DNA from: Burkholderiales bacterium
GTDB lineage: Bacteria; Pseudomonadota; Gammaproteobacteria; Burkholderiales; SG8-39
DNA length: 61,332 nt
Reading direction: 5' to 3'
NCBI GenBank assembly: GCA_035286595.1
Contig: DATEDA010000096.1
Span: 1-61,332 of the forward strand
Positions 1 to 8,979 of the stretch are shown here, piece after piece. The notes beneath the pieces are model-generated. The model was given only the letters and a program-made list of their open reading frames with translations. It was not told the DNA's origin and searched no databases. Position 1 is the stretch's first letter, and each line of letters begins with the position of its first letter. The position numbers and the translations under genes are program-made.

Positions 1-598
1 GCTCCTTCGCCACCAGGACCTGGCCCAGCCGCGCGCCGATCCGCTCCGCCGTGACGGCCGAGCGCGGGACGAAGACCGCGAACACCTTGCCGCCGTCATA
101 GAGGTGGTAGATGAACAGGCCGTGTCGGTCCTCCATGACCGCGCGGGCCCGCCCGCCGAGGGTGGTCCCGCCGACGAACGTCACCAGGAAGTCGCGATCG
201 CCCAGCGCCCCCTCGAGCTTGAGGCCGGCGAGCGACTTGTGCGGCTTGAGGACGAGCGGCTGGCGCAGCCGCAGCGACTTGATCTCGGAGAACGGTACGA
301 CGTGGCTCGTCGCCGCGTAGTCGGCGCGGAATTCCAGCACCGTCTCCGCGAGCAGGAACCGCTCGACTTCGCCGACGATCGAGCGGCCGTCCATCAGCTC
401 GAGCAGAAAGCCGTTCGACGGCGCGCCGCTCTCGGCGCTCACGTCGAAGTGCTCCGCGAGCGGCCAGCCGAGGCGGTCGAGCTCGACGCGATGGCGCGCG
501 CGTTCGAAACGCCCCGGCAAGGAATCTGCTGGCGGAGCCGCGACCGCATGCGGACGATGACCTTGGGGTGCGGACGGGGATTGAACGGCGTGCGCCAT
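1..598 (-). CDS. N-terminal part of a probable GspE/PilB-family secretion ATPase; runs off the window edge
   Basis: Not in the ORF track. Stop-free frame from ATG at 598 (GAGGAG RBS upstream): MAHAVQSPSAP...ERIGARLGQVLVAKE. The terminal RLGxxLV resembles the start of an MshEN-type motif. The ATPase domain is outside the window. Confidence 0.5.
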   Translation of the reverse strand, partial: MAHAVQSPSAPQGHRPHAVAAPPADSLPGRFERARHRVELDRLGWPLAEHFDVSAESGAPSNGFLLELMDGRSIVGEVERFLLAETVLEFRADYAATSHVVPFSEIKSLRLRQPLVLKPHKSLAGLKLEGALGDRDFLVTFVGGTTLGGRARAVMEDRHGLFIYHLYDGGKVFAVFVPRSAVTAERIGARLGQVLVAKE

Positions 599-1309
599 TT
601 TCAACTACTCCTCTAGAGATTCGGGTCGGCTCAGTCCAACGCGAGCTGGGCCACCGGCTCGTCGGCCAGGGCCGGCAGGTCCTCGGAGGGGAGCGGGCGA
701 GGGAAATCCCTCGATGCCGCGTGCCGCCCAGAGGCGCCGAACGCCGTCGGGGCCGCGCGCGCCGTGCCGCGCGGCGTCGCCTGGCGCCAGCTCGGCGAGC
801 AGCGGCGCGATCGAATCCCAGGTCGCGGTGCCCGGACTCTTGAGGCGGACTTGGCTCATGGCGGGCCGATTCTCCGCGCGGCGACGTCAGCGACAATCGG
901 TGCCAGCCCGCGGTGGTATCAGGAGAATCCTTAGGAGCGACCTCGCCCGGTGATTTCCGTCACGGTCGGCCGGCCGCTACGCGATTCCGACGGGGCGACG
1001 ACACCCGCGGCCCGGCGCGCGTGAGTTCGCGGACTGCGAGGATCAGTTCGACGTTGCGCTGCGCTTCGGACATGGCGCCGCGGTTCTCGCTGAGCGAACC
1101 AATCCCGGCAATCGGTGCGAACACGAGCCGGCTACTCAGGGAAACCCCTAGCCGCGTCGGCGGCACCGCGCCCCTGCCCTCAGGACATCTCTCGCGCCGT
1201 CTCGGGAAGTCCCCGATCGGCGCCGCGCGCGCCCACCGCTAACGTGGCGCTACACCGCGTCCGCGATCCAGCGGACGCAGCGTGCAACGAGACTTCACGA
1301 GAGCTGAAG

Positions 1310-1474
1310 ATGAGGATTAACGACGATACGCGGATCAGAAGACACGTCACTGCAACCCTTCGCGCTGCGCTGGAGGAAGTCGGCCGTTTCGCAGCGACGC
1401 TGCCGCACGAGGACGCGATGGTCGCCGCCGCGGACCCGGCAAGACGCGGCGCGCTCCTCTCGCACTGCTCATGA
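1310..1474 (+). CDS. Small hypothetical protein (54 aa)
   Basis: ATG at 1310; its stop overlaps the next start (ATGA at 1471-1474). No recognisable motif. Confidence 0.25.
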   Translation: MRINDDTRIRRHVTATLRAALEEVGRFAATLPHEDAMVAAADPARRGALLSHCS

Positions 1475-2088
1475 TCGACACCGCGACCGTCGCCGCGCTC
1501 TTCATCTTCGCCGTCCAGGCGGCGGGTTACCCGGGCTTCTGCCGCGGAAGCGGTGCCTGCGACCGGCTGCCCGCGATCGCCGTCGCGCGCTCGGGTGAGC
1601 ACGTTGACACCCGGACTCATGGGCAGGTCTCGCCAACCCGGCCCGACCTTGTTGTGATCACCGGGGCCGCCCTCGCGCGCGGTCCGGTATGGGCGGAAAG
1701 CGTGCTCGTGCACGAGTTCGTCCACGTTCTACAGTTCCGGTCGGGGCGACACGACCACAGGACCTGCGACGGGCGGGCCGACATGGAGGCGGAGGCCTAT
1801 CGAGCGATGGATGCGTACCTTCAGAAAAAGGGGTTGGCGCTCCGTTCCAATCCCGTCGGCGCGATGCGTGAACGCTGCCGTCGGGCGCGTGAGGCCGGAC
1901 TCATCCGCGAGCCGTTGGCATCCCGAGACGTGAACGGGGAGGGCGCGCAGACGGCTGCGCGCGATGGCAACTCGCGGCAGGCGAGCGAGCCAGCAACGCA
2001 GAGCCGGCAGCGCCATCCGCATCCCGCCGCCGAGCGGGCCGCGGAACGATCAGTCGCGAGCCTCGATCTTGGACGTACTCGACGGTAA
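1471..2088 (+). CDS. Exported zincin-like metallopeptidase (DUF6647-like)
   Basis: Hydrophobic N-terminus; HEFVH (HExxH) followed by C...EAEAY as a candidate third ligand. Confidence 0.55.
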   Translation: MIDTATVAALFIFAVQAAGYPGFCRGSGACDRLPAIAVARSGEHVDTRTHGQVSPTRPDLVVITGAALARGPVWAESVLVHEFVHVLQFRSGRHDHRTCDGRADMEAEAYRAMDAYLQKKGLALRSNPVGAMRERCRRAREAGLIREPLASRDVNGEGAQTAARDGNSRQASEPATQSRQRHPHPAAERAAERSVASLDLGRTRR

Positions 2089-2341
2089 CGATGCAGCGGC
2101 CCGTGCGAGGGCGAGCCGACTGCGCGGGTCGTGGCCCCAACCGGCAGTGGCTTGGCGGCGTAGGGCGATGGGCGCAGTCGGGGCCCGCATCGACTGAGGA
2201 CCAACTCGAGCGAGGTGATCCCCGCGGGGTCCTTCAGTCCTTGCCGCGTGCCTTGGTCGGGGATTTCGCGATGGCGCCGGACAAGGTAGCTCCAGCCGTT
2301 CGCACTTTCGAATCGTCCATGTATGTCCGCACCACCGAAGT

Positions 2342-2362
2342 TTGCGGGAGTCTTGCGGGAGT
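2342..2362. repeat. Tandem direct repeat TTGCGGGAGT x2, integrase arm-type-site-like
   Basis: Exact copies at 2342-2351 and 2353-2362 (11-bp period), about 90 bp from a tRNA 3' fragment. Confidence 0.55.
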
Positions 2363-2409
2363 GAGTTGCGCACGGTCCTGCACTGAAGAAGACGCAACGG
2401 GCGTCCTCG

Positions 2410-2422
2410 CAAGTCATTGATT
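2410..2422 (-). promoter_or_regulatory. IHF binding site
   Basis: Reverse complement AATCAATGACTTG matches WATCAANNNNTTR. Confidence 0.6.
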
Positions 2423-2450
2423 AAAGGATCGCTCCTGGGCGGGCCCCGAA

Positions 2451-2482
2451 CTTGGTCCCTGGTTCGAATCCAGGCGGGCCCA
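2451..2482 (+). mobile_element. tRNA 3'-end fragment, probable attR core of an integrated element
   Basis: TGGTC variable loop, CCTGG-TTCGAAT-CCAGG T-arm, CGGGCCC acceptor strand and A discriminator. No D-arm or anticodon arm upstream. Confidence 0.8.
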
Positions 2483-2812
2483 TGCTCACTGCCCGGCGCG
2501 TGCGCGCGTTGCGGACAAACGCTCCCGGATCAGGCCAACCCCGGATACAAATCAATAACAATTCGGGCGGAAGGCGAAATTCCGGGGATACACGCAGCCG
2601 CTAACATGCCTCCCGTCCAAGCGCAGCATCGGACGCGAACGCCCTCGGCGGCCGAGGCGTTCCGGCACGGACGGAGCGCGGGAGGCGACGCTTCGGTTCT
2701 ACCGCTCGAGCGGGCACGTCTGGACGCGCGGTTTGAGCGGAGCGGTGTGATCCCGCGCCATCTGATCGAATATGCAAATGCCTGCGAGTCATTAAGGCCG
2801 TCTTGATCGCAC

Positions 2813-2821
2813 TGCTATACT
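2813..2821 (+). promoter_or_regulatory. Extended -10 promoter element for the osmC-like gene
   Basis: TGCTATACT, 36 bp upstream of the ATG at 2857. Confidence 0.4.
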
Positions 2822-2856
2822 TTTCACGTACCCTCGAACCTTCCCAGGAGGAACCC

Positions 2857-3423
2857 ATGGCGACAGCAAAGACCGACAAGCCCGTCAATAACGGCGTCAA
2901 CGTCGATGCGCTGTTCGGCGCGCAGGAAGCGCTCAAGAACGCACCGGAAGCGGCAAAGTTCAAGTGGCGCGCGACAGTCGAGTGGATCAACGGCACGCAC
3001 AGCCGCTCCACCGTCGAGGGCTTCTACGGCCTGGGCGCCGAGCAGAAGCACAAGTCAAAGTTCGCCTTCGACGCCGACCATCCCGAGGTGTTCGCAGCCG
3101 AAGACAGGGCGGCCACCCCGGTGGAGATCGTCCTGGCTGGTCTCGCAAGCTGCCTGACCGCCGGCGTCGCGGCTGTCGCCCAGGCGCGCAAGATCCAGTT
3201 GCGCTCCGTGTCGGCGACCCTCGAGGCCGGGATGGACATTCGCGGCATCCTCGGCGTCGATGAGGATGTGCGCAATGGCTTTGACGGCATAAAAGTGACC
3301 TACAAGATTGACGCCGACGCGTCGCCCGACGACATCAAGGCGATCGTCGCGCAGTCGCAGAAGCGCTCCGCGGTCTACGACATCATCACCAACCCGACCA
3401 ACGTCACGGTCGAGGTGGCGTAG
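2857..3423 (+). CDS. OsmC/Ohr-family protein
   Basis: AGGAGG RBS; FDADHPEVF and PVEIVLAGLASCLTAG motifs. Only one Cys is present. Confidence 0.9.
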   Translation: MATAKTDKPVNNGVNVDALFGAQEALKNAPEAAKFKWRATVEWINGTHSRSTVEGFYGLGAEQKHKSKFAFDADHPEVFAAEDRAATPVEIVLAGLASCLTAGVAAVAQARKIQLRSVSATLEAGMDIRGILGVDEDVRNGFDGIKVTYKIDADASPDDIKAIVAQSQKRSAVYDIITNPTNVTVEVA

Positions 3424-3456
3424 CGCCGCTTCGGCTCGCACGAGGCGCCGCGCCGC

Positions 3457-4725
3457 GTGCGCACCGCAGCCGTCGTAATCGGCGCGGGCCAGGCCGGGCT
3501 CGCCATGAGCTGGTGGCTCGCCAGGCGCTCGATCGACCACGTGGTCCTCGAGCGCGGCGAGATCGCCAACACCTGGCGCACCGAGCGCTGGGATGCGCTC
3601 ACCTTGCTCACGCCGAACTGGCAAAGCCGCCTGCCGGGCCAAGGGTACGAGGGCGACGATCCGGACGGCTTCCGGACGCTGGGCGAGACCATCGCGTTCA
3701 TCGAGCGCTACGCGAAGGCGGTGTCGGCTCCCCTGCGGACGCACTGCCCGGTCGCTTCCGTCGGGCGCACGGTCGATGGCTACGAGGTCGTCGCCGGGCA
3801 GGGCACCTGGCACTGCAAGGCGGTCGTGCTTGCCACCGGCGCGTTCAACATCGCGCATGTGCCGAAGCTCTCGGAAGCGGTGCCGCCGGGCATTACCCAG
3901 CTCACCACCGTTCAGTACCGCAACCCGGAGAGCCTCGAGGCGGGGGGCGCGCTGGTCGTCGGCGCGGCCGCCTCGGGCGCGCAGATCGCCGACGAGATCC
4001 ACCGCTCCGGACGTCCCGTGACGCTGGCCGTGGGCGAGCACGTGCGCGCTCCCCGGATGTACCGCGGCAGGGACATCTACTGGTGGGTGGACGCCACGGG
4101 CCTGAACGATGAGCGCTACGACGAGGTCGAAAACCTGAACCGCGCCCGCAGCCTGCCCTCGTTCCAGCTCGCGGGCTATGCCGACCGCCGGAACGTCGAT
4201 CTGAACGCCCTCACGTCGCTCGGGGTGAAGCTCGTGGGCCGACTGGCCGGCATTCGGGACGGCAAGGCCCAGTTCTCGGGATCGTTGCGCAATCTGTGCG
4301 AGCTGGCCGACCTCAAGCAGAATCGACTGCTGAACACGATCGACGAGTGGGCCGCGGAACACGGCCTGAGCGACGCGGTCGATCCTCCGCATCGCCCCGA
4401 GCCGACGCGCGTCGAAGCATCGCCGCCGCTCGGGCTCGATTTCGGTCGCGGCGGGATCAGGACGATCGTCTGGGCGACCGGGTTTCGCCCCGACTACTCC
4501 TGGCTGGACGTCCCGGTCCTCGACCGCAAGGGCAACATTCGCCACGATGGCGGCGTCGTGACGGAAGCGCCCGGCCTGTACGTTCTGGGCCTGCCGTTCC
4601 TGCGGCGTCGGAAATCGACCCTCATCGACGGGGTCGGCGACGATGCGCGTGATCTGAGCGCTCACCTTGCCTCCCATCTCGGCGCGCGGAGCGCCGGCGT
4701 GGGCGCGGCGGCCGCCGGCGCCTGA
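3457..4725 (+). CDS. FAD/NAD(P)-dependent oxidoreductase (flavin monooxygenase-like, CzcO/TrkA type)
   Basis: IGAGQAG FAD motif, second VVGAAASG dinucleotide motif, ATG and WATGF motifs. Confidence 0.85.
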   Translation: MRTAAVVIGAGQAGLAMSWWLARRSIDHVVLERGEIANTWRTERWDALTLLTPNWQSRLPGQGYEGDDPDGFRTLGETIAFIERYAKAVSAPLRTHCPVASVGRTVDGYEVVAGQGTWHCKAVVLATGAFNIAHVPKLSEAVPPGITQLTTVQYRNPESLEAGGALVVGAAASGAQIADEIHRSGRPVTLAVGEHVRAPRMYRGRDIYWWVDATGLNDERYDEVENLNRARSLPSFQLAGYADRRNVDLNALTSLGVKLVGRLAGIRDGKAQFSGSLRNLCELADLKQNRLLNTIDEWAAEHGLSDAVDPPHRPEPTRVEASPPLGLDFGRGGIRTIVWATGFRPDYSWLDVPVLDRKGNIRHDGGVVTEAPGLYVLGLPFLRRRKSTLIDGVGDDARDLSAHLASHLGARSAGVGAAAAGA

Positions 4726-4820
4726 TCGAAACGCAACGCAGCGCTCCGCGGCGAAACGAATCGACCTCAAACGGATAGGAAAATCAATCCCGCGCATGTC
4801 GCGTGTTCCGCGCGTCTCTC

Positions 4821-6179
4821 TCAGGCGTTCGGGTGAGAAGCCGACAGCCGCGCGACCTCGGCCGCGTCGTCGGCACGATCCAGGGCCCACACCGCGTCGA
4901 TCAGGCGATCGACGACGGCGCCCGGTGCGGCGATCGCGGCGTGCTCCCGTACCTTCCCCTCGATCTGTGCGTCGGTCATCGGGCGGCCGAGGCTGCCGAG
5001 CGCGTGCGCGACCTCGAGGGCGAGCGTGCGGCCGTCGCGGGTGCGCAGCGACACGGCGGCGGCCTCGACCGGAATCGACGGGTCCTCCTGCACCTCGACC
5101 CGATCGCCGAGCGCCTGCACGGCCGGCTCGGCCACGCGCGCATCGCTGTACTCCGCGACGCCGGCCCGCCCGTAGATGAGGCACACCGCCACCGTGTGCT
5201 GGAGGCTCACGCTCGCCTCCCGCCCCGCGCGCGGCCGCGCCCGGTCGGTACGCTGGCTAAGCAGCGGGTGTCCTCGCACCGTCACGCGCTCCACGCTCTC
5301 GGGGCGGAGATCATGGCGGGCGCGGAGCTCGAGCAGCGCATCGATGACCGGATGCAGCACGATCCCGCACGGATAGGGCTTGTACGTGTTCTTCGCGCTC
5401 TCCCAGACGGCCCCGAGATCGCGGTCGATCGCCGACAGATCCGCGTTCTGCCCCATGACCCGCGCGAAGCCGCGCTCGCCCTCGAGGGTCGTGGCGGCGG
5501 CGGTGAACCCGCGCTCCGCAAGCAGTGCCGCGACGATCCCGTTGCGCGGCGCGTTGCCGACGCTCACGCTTTTCGCCATGCTGCCGAGGCTTTCCACCAG
5601 CCCGCACGCCTGGTTCGCGCCGAGGCCGATCGCCCAGACCAGCCGTTGCGCATCGAGCGCGAGCAGCTTGCCGACCGCCACCGCGGCGCCGATCACCCCG
5701 CACGTGCTCGTGATGTGCCAGCCGTGTGCGTAGTGCCACGGCGCGACCGCGTTACCGACCCGGCACTCCGCCTCGACGCCGAGGATCAGTGCGTGCAGGA
5801 ACTGCCGGCCGCTGCAGGGCCTCCGCTCGGCCAACGCGAGGAGCGCCGGCGCGACCGGCGCCGCGGGATGGATGATGGTCGGATGATGCGTGTCGTCGAA
5901 GTCGAGCACGTTCGCGCTGACGGCGTTGACGAACGCTGCCGTGAGCGCGTCGGCGCGCTCGCTCCGGCCGATGACCGTCGCCTCCGCCGGCCCGGAGAAG
6001 GGCTGCAGGACGGCGAGCGCATGGCCGACCGCGGCGTCGCGGCAGCCGCCGAACGCGGCCCCGAGGCTATTGAGGAGCGTCCGCTTGGCTTGATGGCGAA
6101 CGCCCTCGGGCACGTCCGCCCACTGCGAATCGGCCACGAACTGCGCCAGCCGCGCCGTCACCGCCGCGTTCGGAGCCAT
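4821..6179 (-). CDS. MmgE/PrpD family protein
   Basis: LDFDDTH, IIHPAAPV, GWHITSTCG and YKPYPCGIVLH motifs. Confidence 0.9.
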   Translation of the reverse strand: MAPNAAVTARLAQFVADSQWADVPEGVRHQAKRTLLNSLGAAFGGCRDAAVGHALAVLQPFSGPAEATVIGRSERADALTAAFVNAVSANVLDFDDTHHPTIIHPAAPVAPALLALAERRPCSGRQFLHALILGVEAECRVGNAVAPWHYAHGWHITSTCGVIGAAVAVGKLLALDAQRLVWAIGLGANQACGLVESLGSMAKSVSVGNAPRNGIVAALLAERGFTAAATTLEGERGFARVMGQNADLSAIDRDLGAVWESAKNTYKPYPCGIVLHPVIDALLELRARHDLRPESVERVTVRGHPLLSQRTDRARPRAGREASVSLQHTVAVCLIYGRAGVAEYSDARVAEPAVQALGDRVEVQEDPSIPVEAAAVSLRTRDGRTLALEVAHALGSLGRPMTDAQIEGKVREHAAIAAPGAVVDRLIDAVWALDRADDAAEVARLSASHPNA

Positions 6180-6189
6180 GACGGGCGGC

Positions 6190-7158
6190 CTATGCCCTGA
6201 GCGCGGTCGGGACCGACACGACCTCGGAGATCGCCGGTCGCCACCAGCCCTCTGAGAGCTTGGCCCGCAGGATCCCGCTCAGGACGGCCTGCACCTCGCG
6301 CGCGGCGCGCGAGAGCGGGCGATCGCTCGCATGCGCCATCGAGACCGTCCGGCTGACCGTCGGCTGGACGATGCGGATCGCGGCCAGCTGCCAGTTGCGA
6401 TGTTCGCTGTGCAGCGCGGCGAGCGACAGCACGGTGAAGCAGCCGCAGCGGTTCACCATCTCGTTCATCTGCTCGGTGGCATCGAGCTCGGCGATCACGG
6501 TCAGCTGCACGCCCGTCTCGGCCGCCACGCGCTCCACGCCGCGGCGGATGTTGTAGTCGGTGCCCGGGAGCACGAGCGGCAGTCCGGCGAGCGCCCGCAT
6601 CGGAATCTCGCCCGCGGGCGTGAGCAGGTGCCGGATGAGGTGCGGGTCGCGCGTGGCGAGGAAGAGCTCTTCGACGAACACGCGCTCGATGTCGATCCCG
6701 GCCCCCGGCTCGGCGTCGTGGACGAGCCCGAAGTCCATGCGGCCGTCGAGGATCCACTGGCGCGTGTGGCCCGAGAGCCCACCCACCACCCGCAGTTGCA
6801 CGTTCGGGAGCTGCGCCCGCGCGCGCTCGACCAGCTCCACGGTCAGCAGCGAGGCGAGCGAGCCGGGGATGCCCACGACCACGTGACCGGTCGGGGTCGA
6901 CTGGAACGCCTGCAGGCTGGTCTTCGCGACGTCGACCGTCCGCAGCACGGCCCGCGCGTGCAGCAGGAACTCCTCGCCCTCGGGCGTCAGGATCACGCCG
7001 TCGCGCCGCCGCTCGAAGAGCGGCACGCCGAGCTCGTCCTCGAGCGCCTTGATCTGCACGCTGACCGACGGCTGCGAGATGTGGATCGACTGCGCCGCCT
7101 TGAGGATCGAGCGGCATTCGGCCACCGCGACGAAGTACTCGAGCTGCCTGAGGTTCAC
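6190..7158 (-). CDS. LysR-family transcriptional regulator
   Basis: GTG start after GGGGAG; NLRQLEYF...SQPSVSVQIKALEDELGVPLFER HTH; divergent from the TRAP operon. Confidence 0.92.
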   Translation of the reverse strand: MNLRQLEYFVAVAECRSILKAAQSIHISQPSVSVQIKALEDELGVPLFERRRDGVILTPEGEEFLLHARAVLRTVDVAKTSLQAFQSTPTGHVVVGIPGSLASLLTVELVERARAQLPNVQLRVVGGLSGHTRQWILDGRMDFGLVHDAEPGAGIDIERVFVEELFLATRDPHLIRHLLTPAGEIPMRALAGLPLVLPGTDYNIRRGVERVAAETGVQLTVIAELDATEQMNEMVNRCGCFTVLSLAALHSEHRNWQLAAIRIVQPTVSRTVSMAHASDRPLSRAAREVQAVLSGILRAKLSEGWWRPAISEVVSVPTALRA

Positions 7159-7348
7159 GCGCTTCTCCCCCTGTCGCGGGGATCGTTCCACAACGCGCCG
7201 GCGGAGTAAAGTCGGCCGCGCCGTGACGAGCTATAGGTTGCTGCGCCGCACGGGATCGAAAATCGCTATACGCGGGCCCATCGCTACCGCGGTTAAGCTG
7301 GCATTCGATCCGACAACAACACGGACATCACCGCAAGGAGGAGAGACC

Positions 7349-8434
7349 ATGAAGAGATTCTTGCTCGCGTGCCTGCTCGCGACCGCGGCCGCGCTGCCCG
7401 ACCCGGCGCACGCGCAGACCAAGCTGCGCATCCAGTCCGCGTTTCCCCCGAAGGGAACGTTCGCGGACAACCTGACGTTCTTCGCCGAGCGGGTAAAGGT
7501 GATGTCGGGCGGGCGGCTCGAGGTCGTGGCGCTCGCGACCGGCTCGGTCGTGCCGGCCTTCGACGTGCTCGACGCCACCCACAAGAAAGTGCTCGACGGC
7601 GCGCACTCGTCGTCGGCCTACTGGGTGGGCAAGAACCGCGCGGCGGCGCTCTTCGGGGTCACGCCCGGCGGCCCGTTCGGCATGGACGGCTTCGACTACA
7701 TGGGCTGGCTCTACGACGGCGGCGGGCTCGAGCTGTACCGCGAGTTCTTCCAGGTCGTGCTCAAGCAGAACGTGGTGCCGATTCCGATGACCTCCGCCGG
7801 GCCCCAGGCCATGGGCTGGTTCAAGCGCCCGGTGAAGAGCTGGGCCGACCTGAAGGGGCTCAAGTGCCGCCAGACCGGGATCTCCGCCGAGGTGTTCTCC
7901 AAGTCCGGCATGGCGACGGTCAACATCCCGGGCACCGAGATCCTCCCAGCCGGAGAGCGCGGGGTCATCGACTGCGCCGAATGGGTCGGCCCGAGCGACG
8001 ACATGCTGATCGGGTTCCATACGGTCTGGAAGCACTTCTACACGCAGTCGCTGCACGATCTCTCGCTGCTCGAGATCCTCATCAACGGCGACGTCTGGAA
8101 CTCGCTCGGCCCCGACCTGCAGGCGATCGTGCAGGCGGCCGCGATCGAGGCCACGCTGCGCTCCCAGAACCGGCGCAACCGGCTCGACGCGGCGGCCATG
8201 GTCGAGCTCACCACCAAGCACGGCGTGACGATCCATCGCACGCCCGACGACATCCTGCGGAAGATGCTCGAGGCCTGGGACGGCATTGCCAAGGAGGAGT
8301 CGGCGAAGAATCCCTTCTTCCGCAAGGTGTACGAGTCGCAGCGCGCCTACGCTTCGCAGGTGGTGCCGTCCCGGCGCGCCACGGCCCCGCCTTACAACTT
8401 CACCGCCGACTACTACTGGCCGGGCAAGAAGTAA
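7349..8434 (+). CDS. dctP: TRAP transporter substrate-binding protein (DctP/TakP-like)
   Basis: AGGAGG RBS, signal peptide, DLKGLKCR and IDCAEWVGP motifs. Confidence 0.92.
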   Translation: MKRFLLACLLATAAALPDPAHAQTKLRIQSAFPPKGTFADNLTFFAERVKVMSGGRLEVVALATGSVVPAFDVLDATHKKVLDGAHSSSAYWVGKNRAAALFGVTPGGPFGMDGFDYMGWLYDGGGLELYREFFQVVLKQNVVPIPMTSAGPQAMGWFKRPVKSWADLKGLKCRQTGISAEVFSKSGMATVNIPGTEILPAGERGVIDCAEWVGPSDDMLIGFHTVWKHFYTQSLHDLSLLEILINGDVWNSLGPDLQAIVQAAAIEATLRSQNRRNRLDAAAMVELTTKHGVTIHRTPDDILRKMLEAWDGIAKEESAKNPFFRKVYESQRAYASQVVPSRRATAPPYNFTADYYWPGKK

Positions 8435-8436
8435 GC

Positions 8437-8979
8437 TTGCGCAGCCTCGCCTTACGCGCGATTGAGGTGATCGATCGGTTCACCGGCTCGTTTGTTCACC
8501 TCGTCGCGCTCCTGCTCGTGCCCTTGATCCTCGCCAATGTGGCCGAGGTGATCATGCGCTACGTGCTGGGGAGCCCGACTGTCTGGGCGGCCGACGTCAC
8601 GGTGATGGCGTACGGCTCGCTCTTCATGCTCGGCTCGGCGTACGCCATGCTCAAGGGGGCGCACGTGCGCACCGACATCTTCTTCAGCGGCTTCTCCGCC
8701 CGCACCAAAGGCATCATCGACAGCATCGCCTATGTCTTCCTGTTCCTGCCCGTCATGGGCTTGATCTTCGCGATCTCCGTCGACGACCTGGCGTACGCGT
8801 ACTCGATCGACGAGCGCTCCACGCTGAGCCTGTGGCGTCCGGTCGTCTGGCCGTTCCGTGCGGTGATCCCGCTGGCGGCGGCGCTGATGTTCGCCCAGGG
8901 CGTCGCGGAGCTGCTGAAGGCCTTGTGGGCCGCGACCACGGGCAAGGAACTGGTGCGCCATGACAAGGTGCTGATCTGA
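8437..8979 (+). CDS. dctQ: TRAP small permease
   Basis: TTG start 2 nt after the dctP stop; four hydrophobic segments; EVIMRY and HVRTDIF motifs. Confidence 0.85.
   Translation: MRSLALRAIEVIDRFTGSFVHLVALLLVPLILANVAEVIMRYVLGSPTVWAADVTVMAYGSLFMLGSAYAMLKGAHVRTDIFFSGFSARTKGIIDSIAYVFLFLPVMGLIFAISVDDLAYAYSIDERSTLSLWRPVVWPFRAVIPLAAALMFAQGVAELLKALWAATTGKELVRHDKVLI

Noticed and set aside
1-33. c-di-GMP-binding MshEN motif
   Set aside because: RLGQVLVAKE lacks the consensus Gly and is cut by the window edge, so it is unresolved.
605-1073. Short minus-strand ORFs (605-859; MSEAQRNVELIL from 1073)
   Set aside because: No motif or convincing RBS; cannot be told apart from noise or decayed genes.
860-2420. 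Integrase or transposase remnant next to the att site
   Set aside because: No R-H-R-Y or DDE motifs are recognisable in the ORF-track translations covering this region.
2431-2482. Intact tRNA gene or tRNA minihelix (GGGCCC at 2441 could pair with 2476-2481)
   Set aside because: There is no D-arm, anticodon arm or CCA. An att remnant explains it better.
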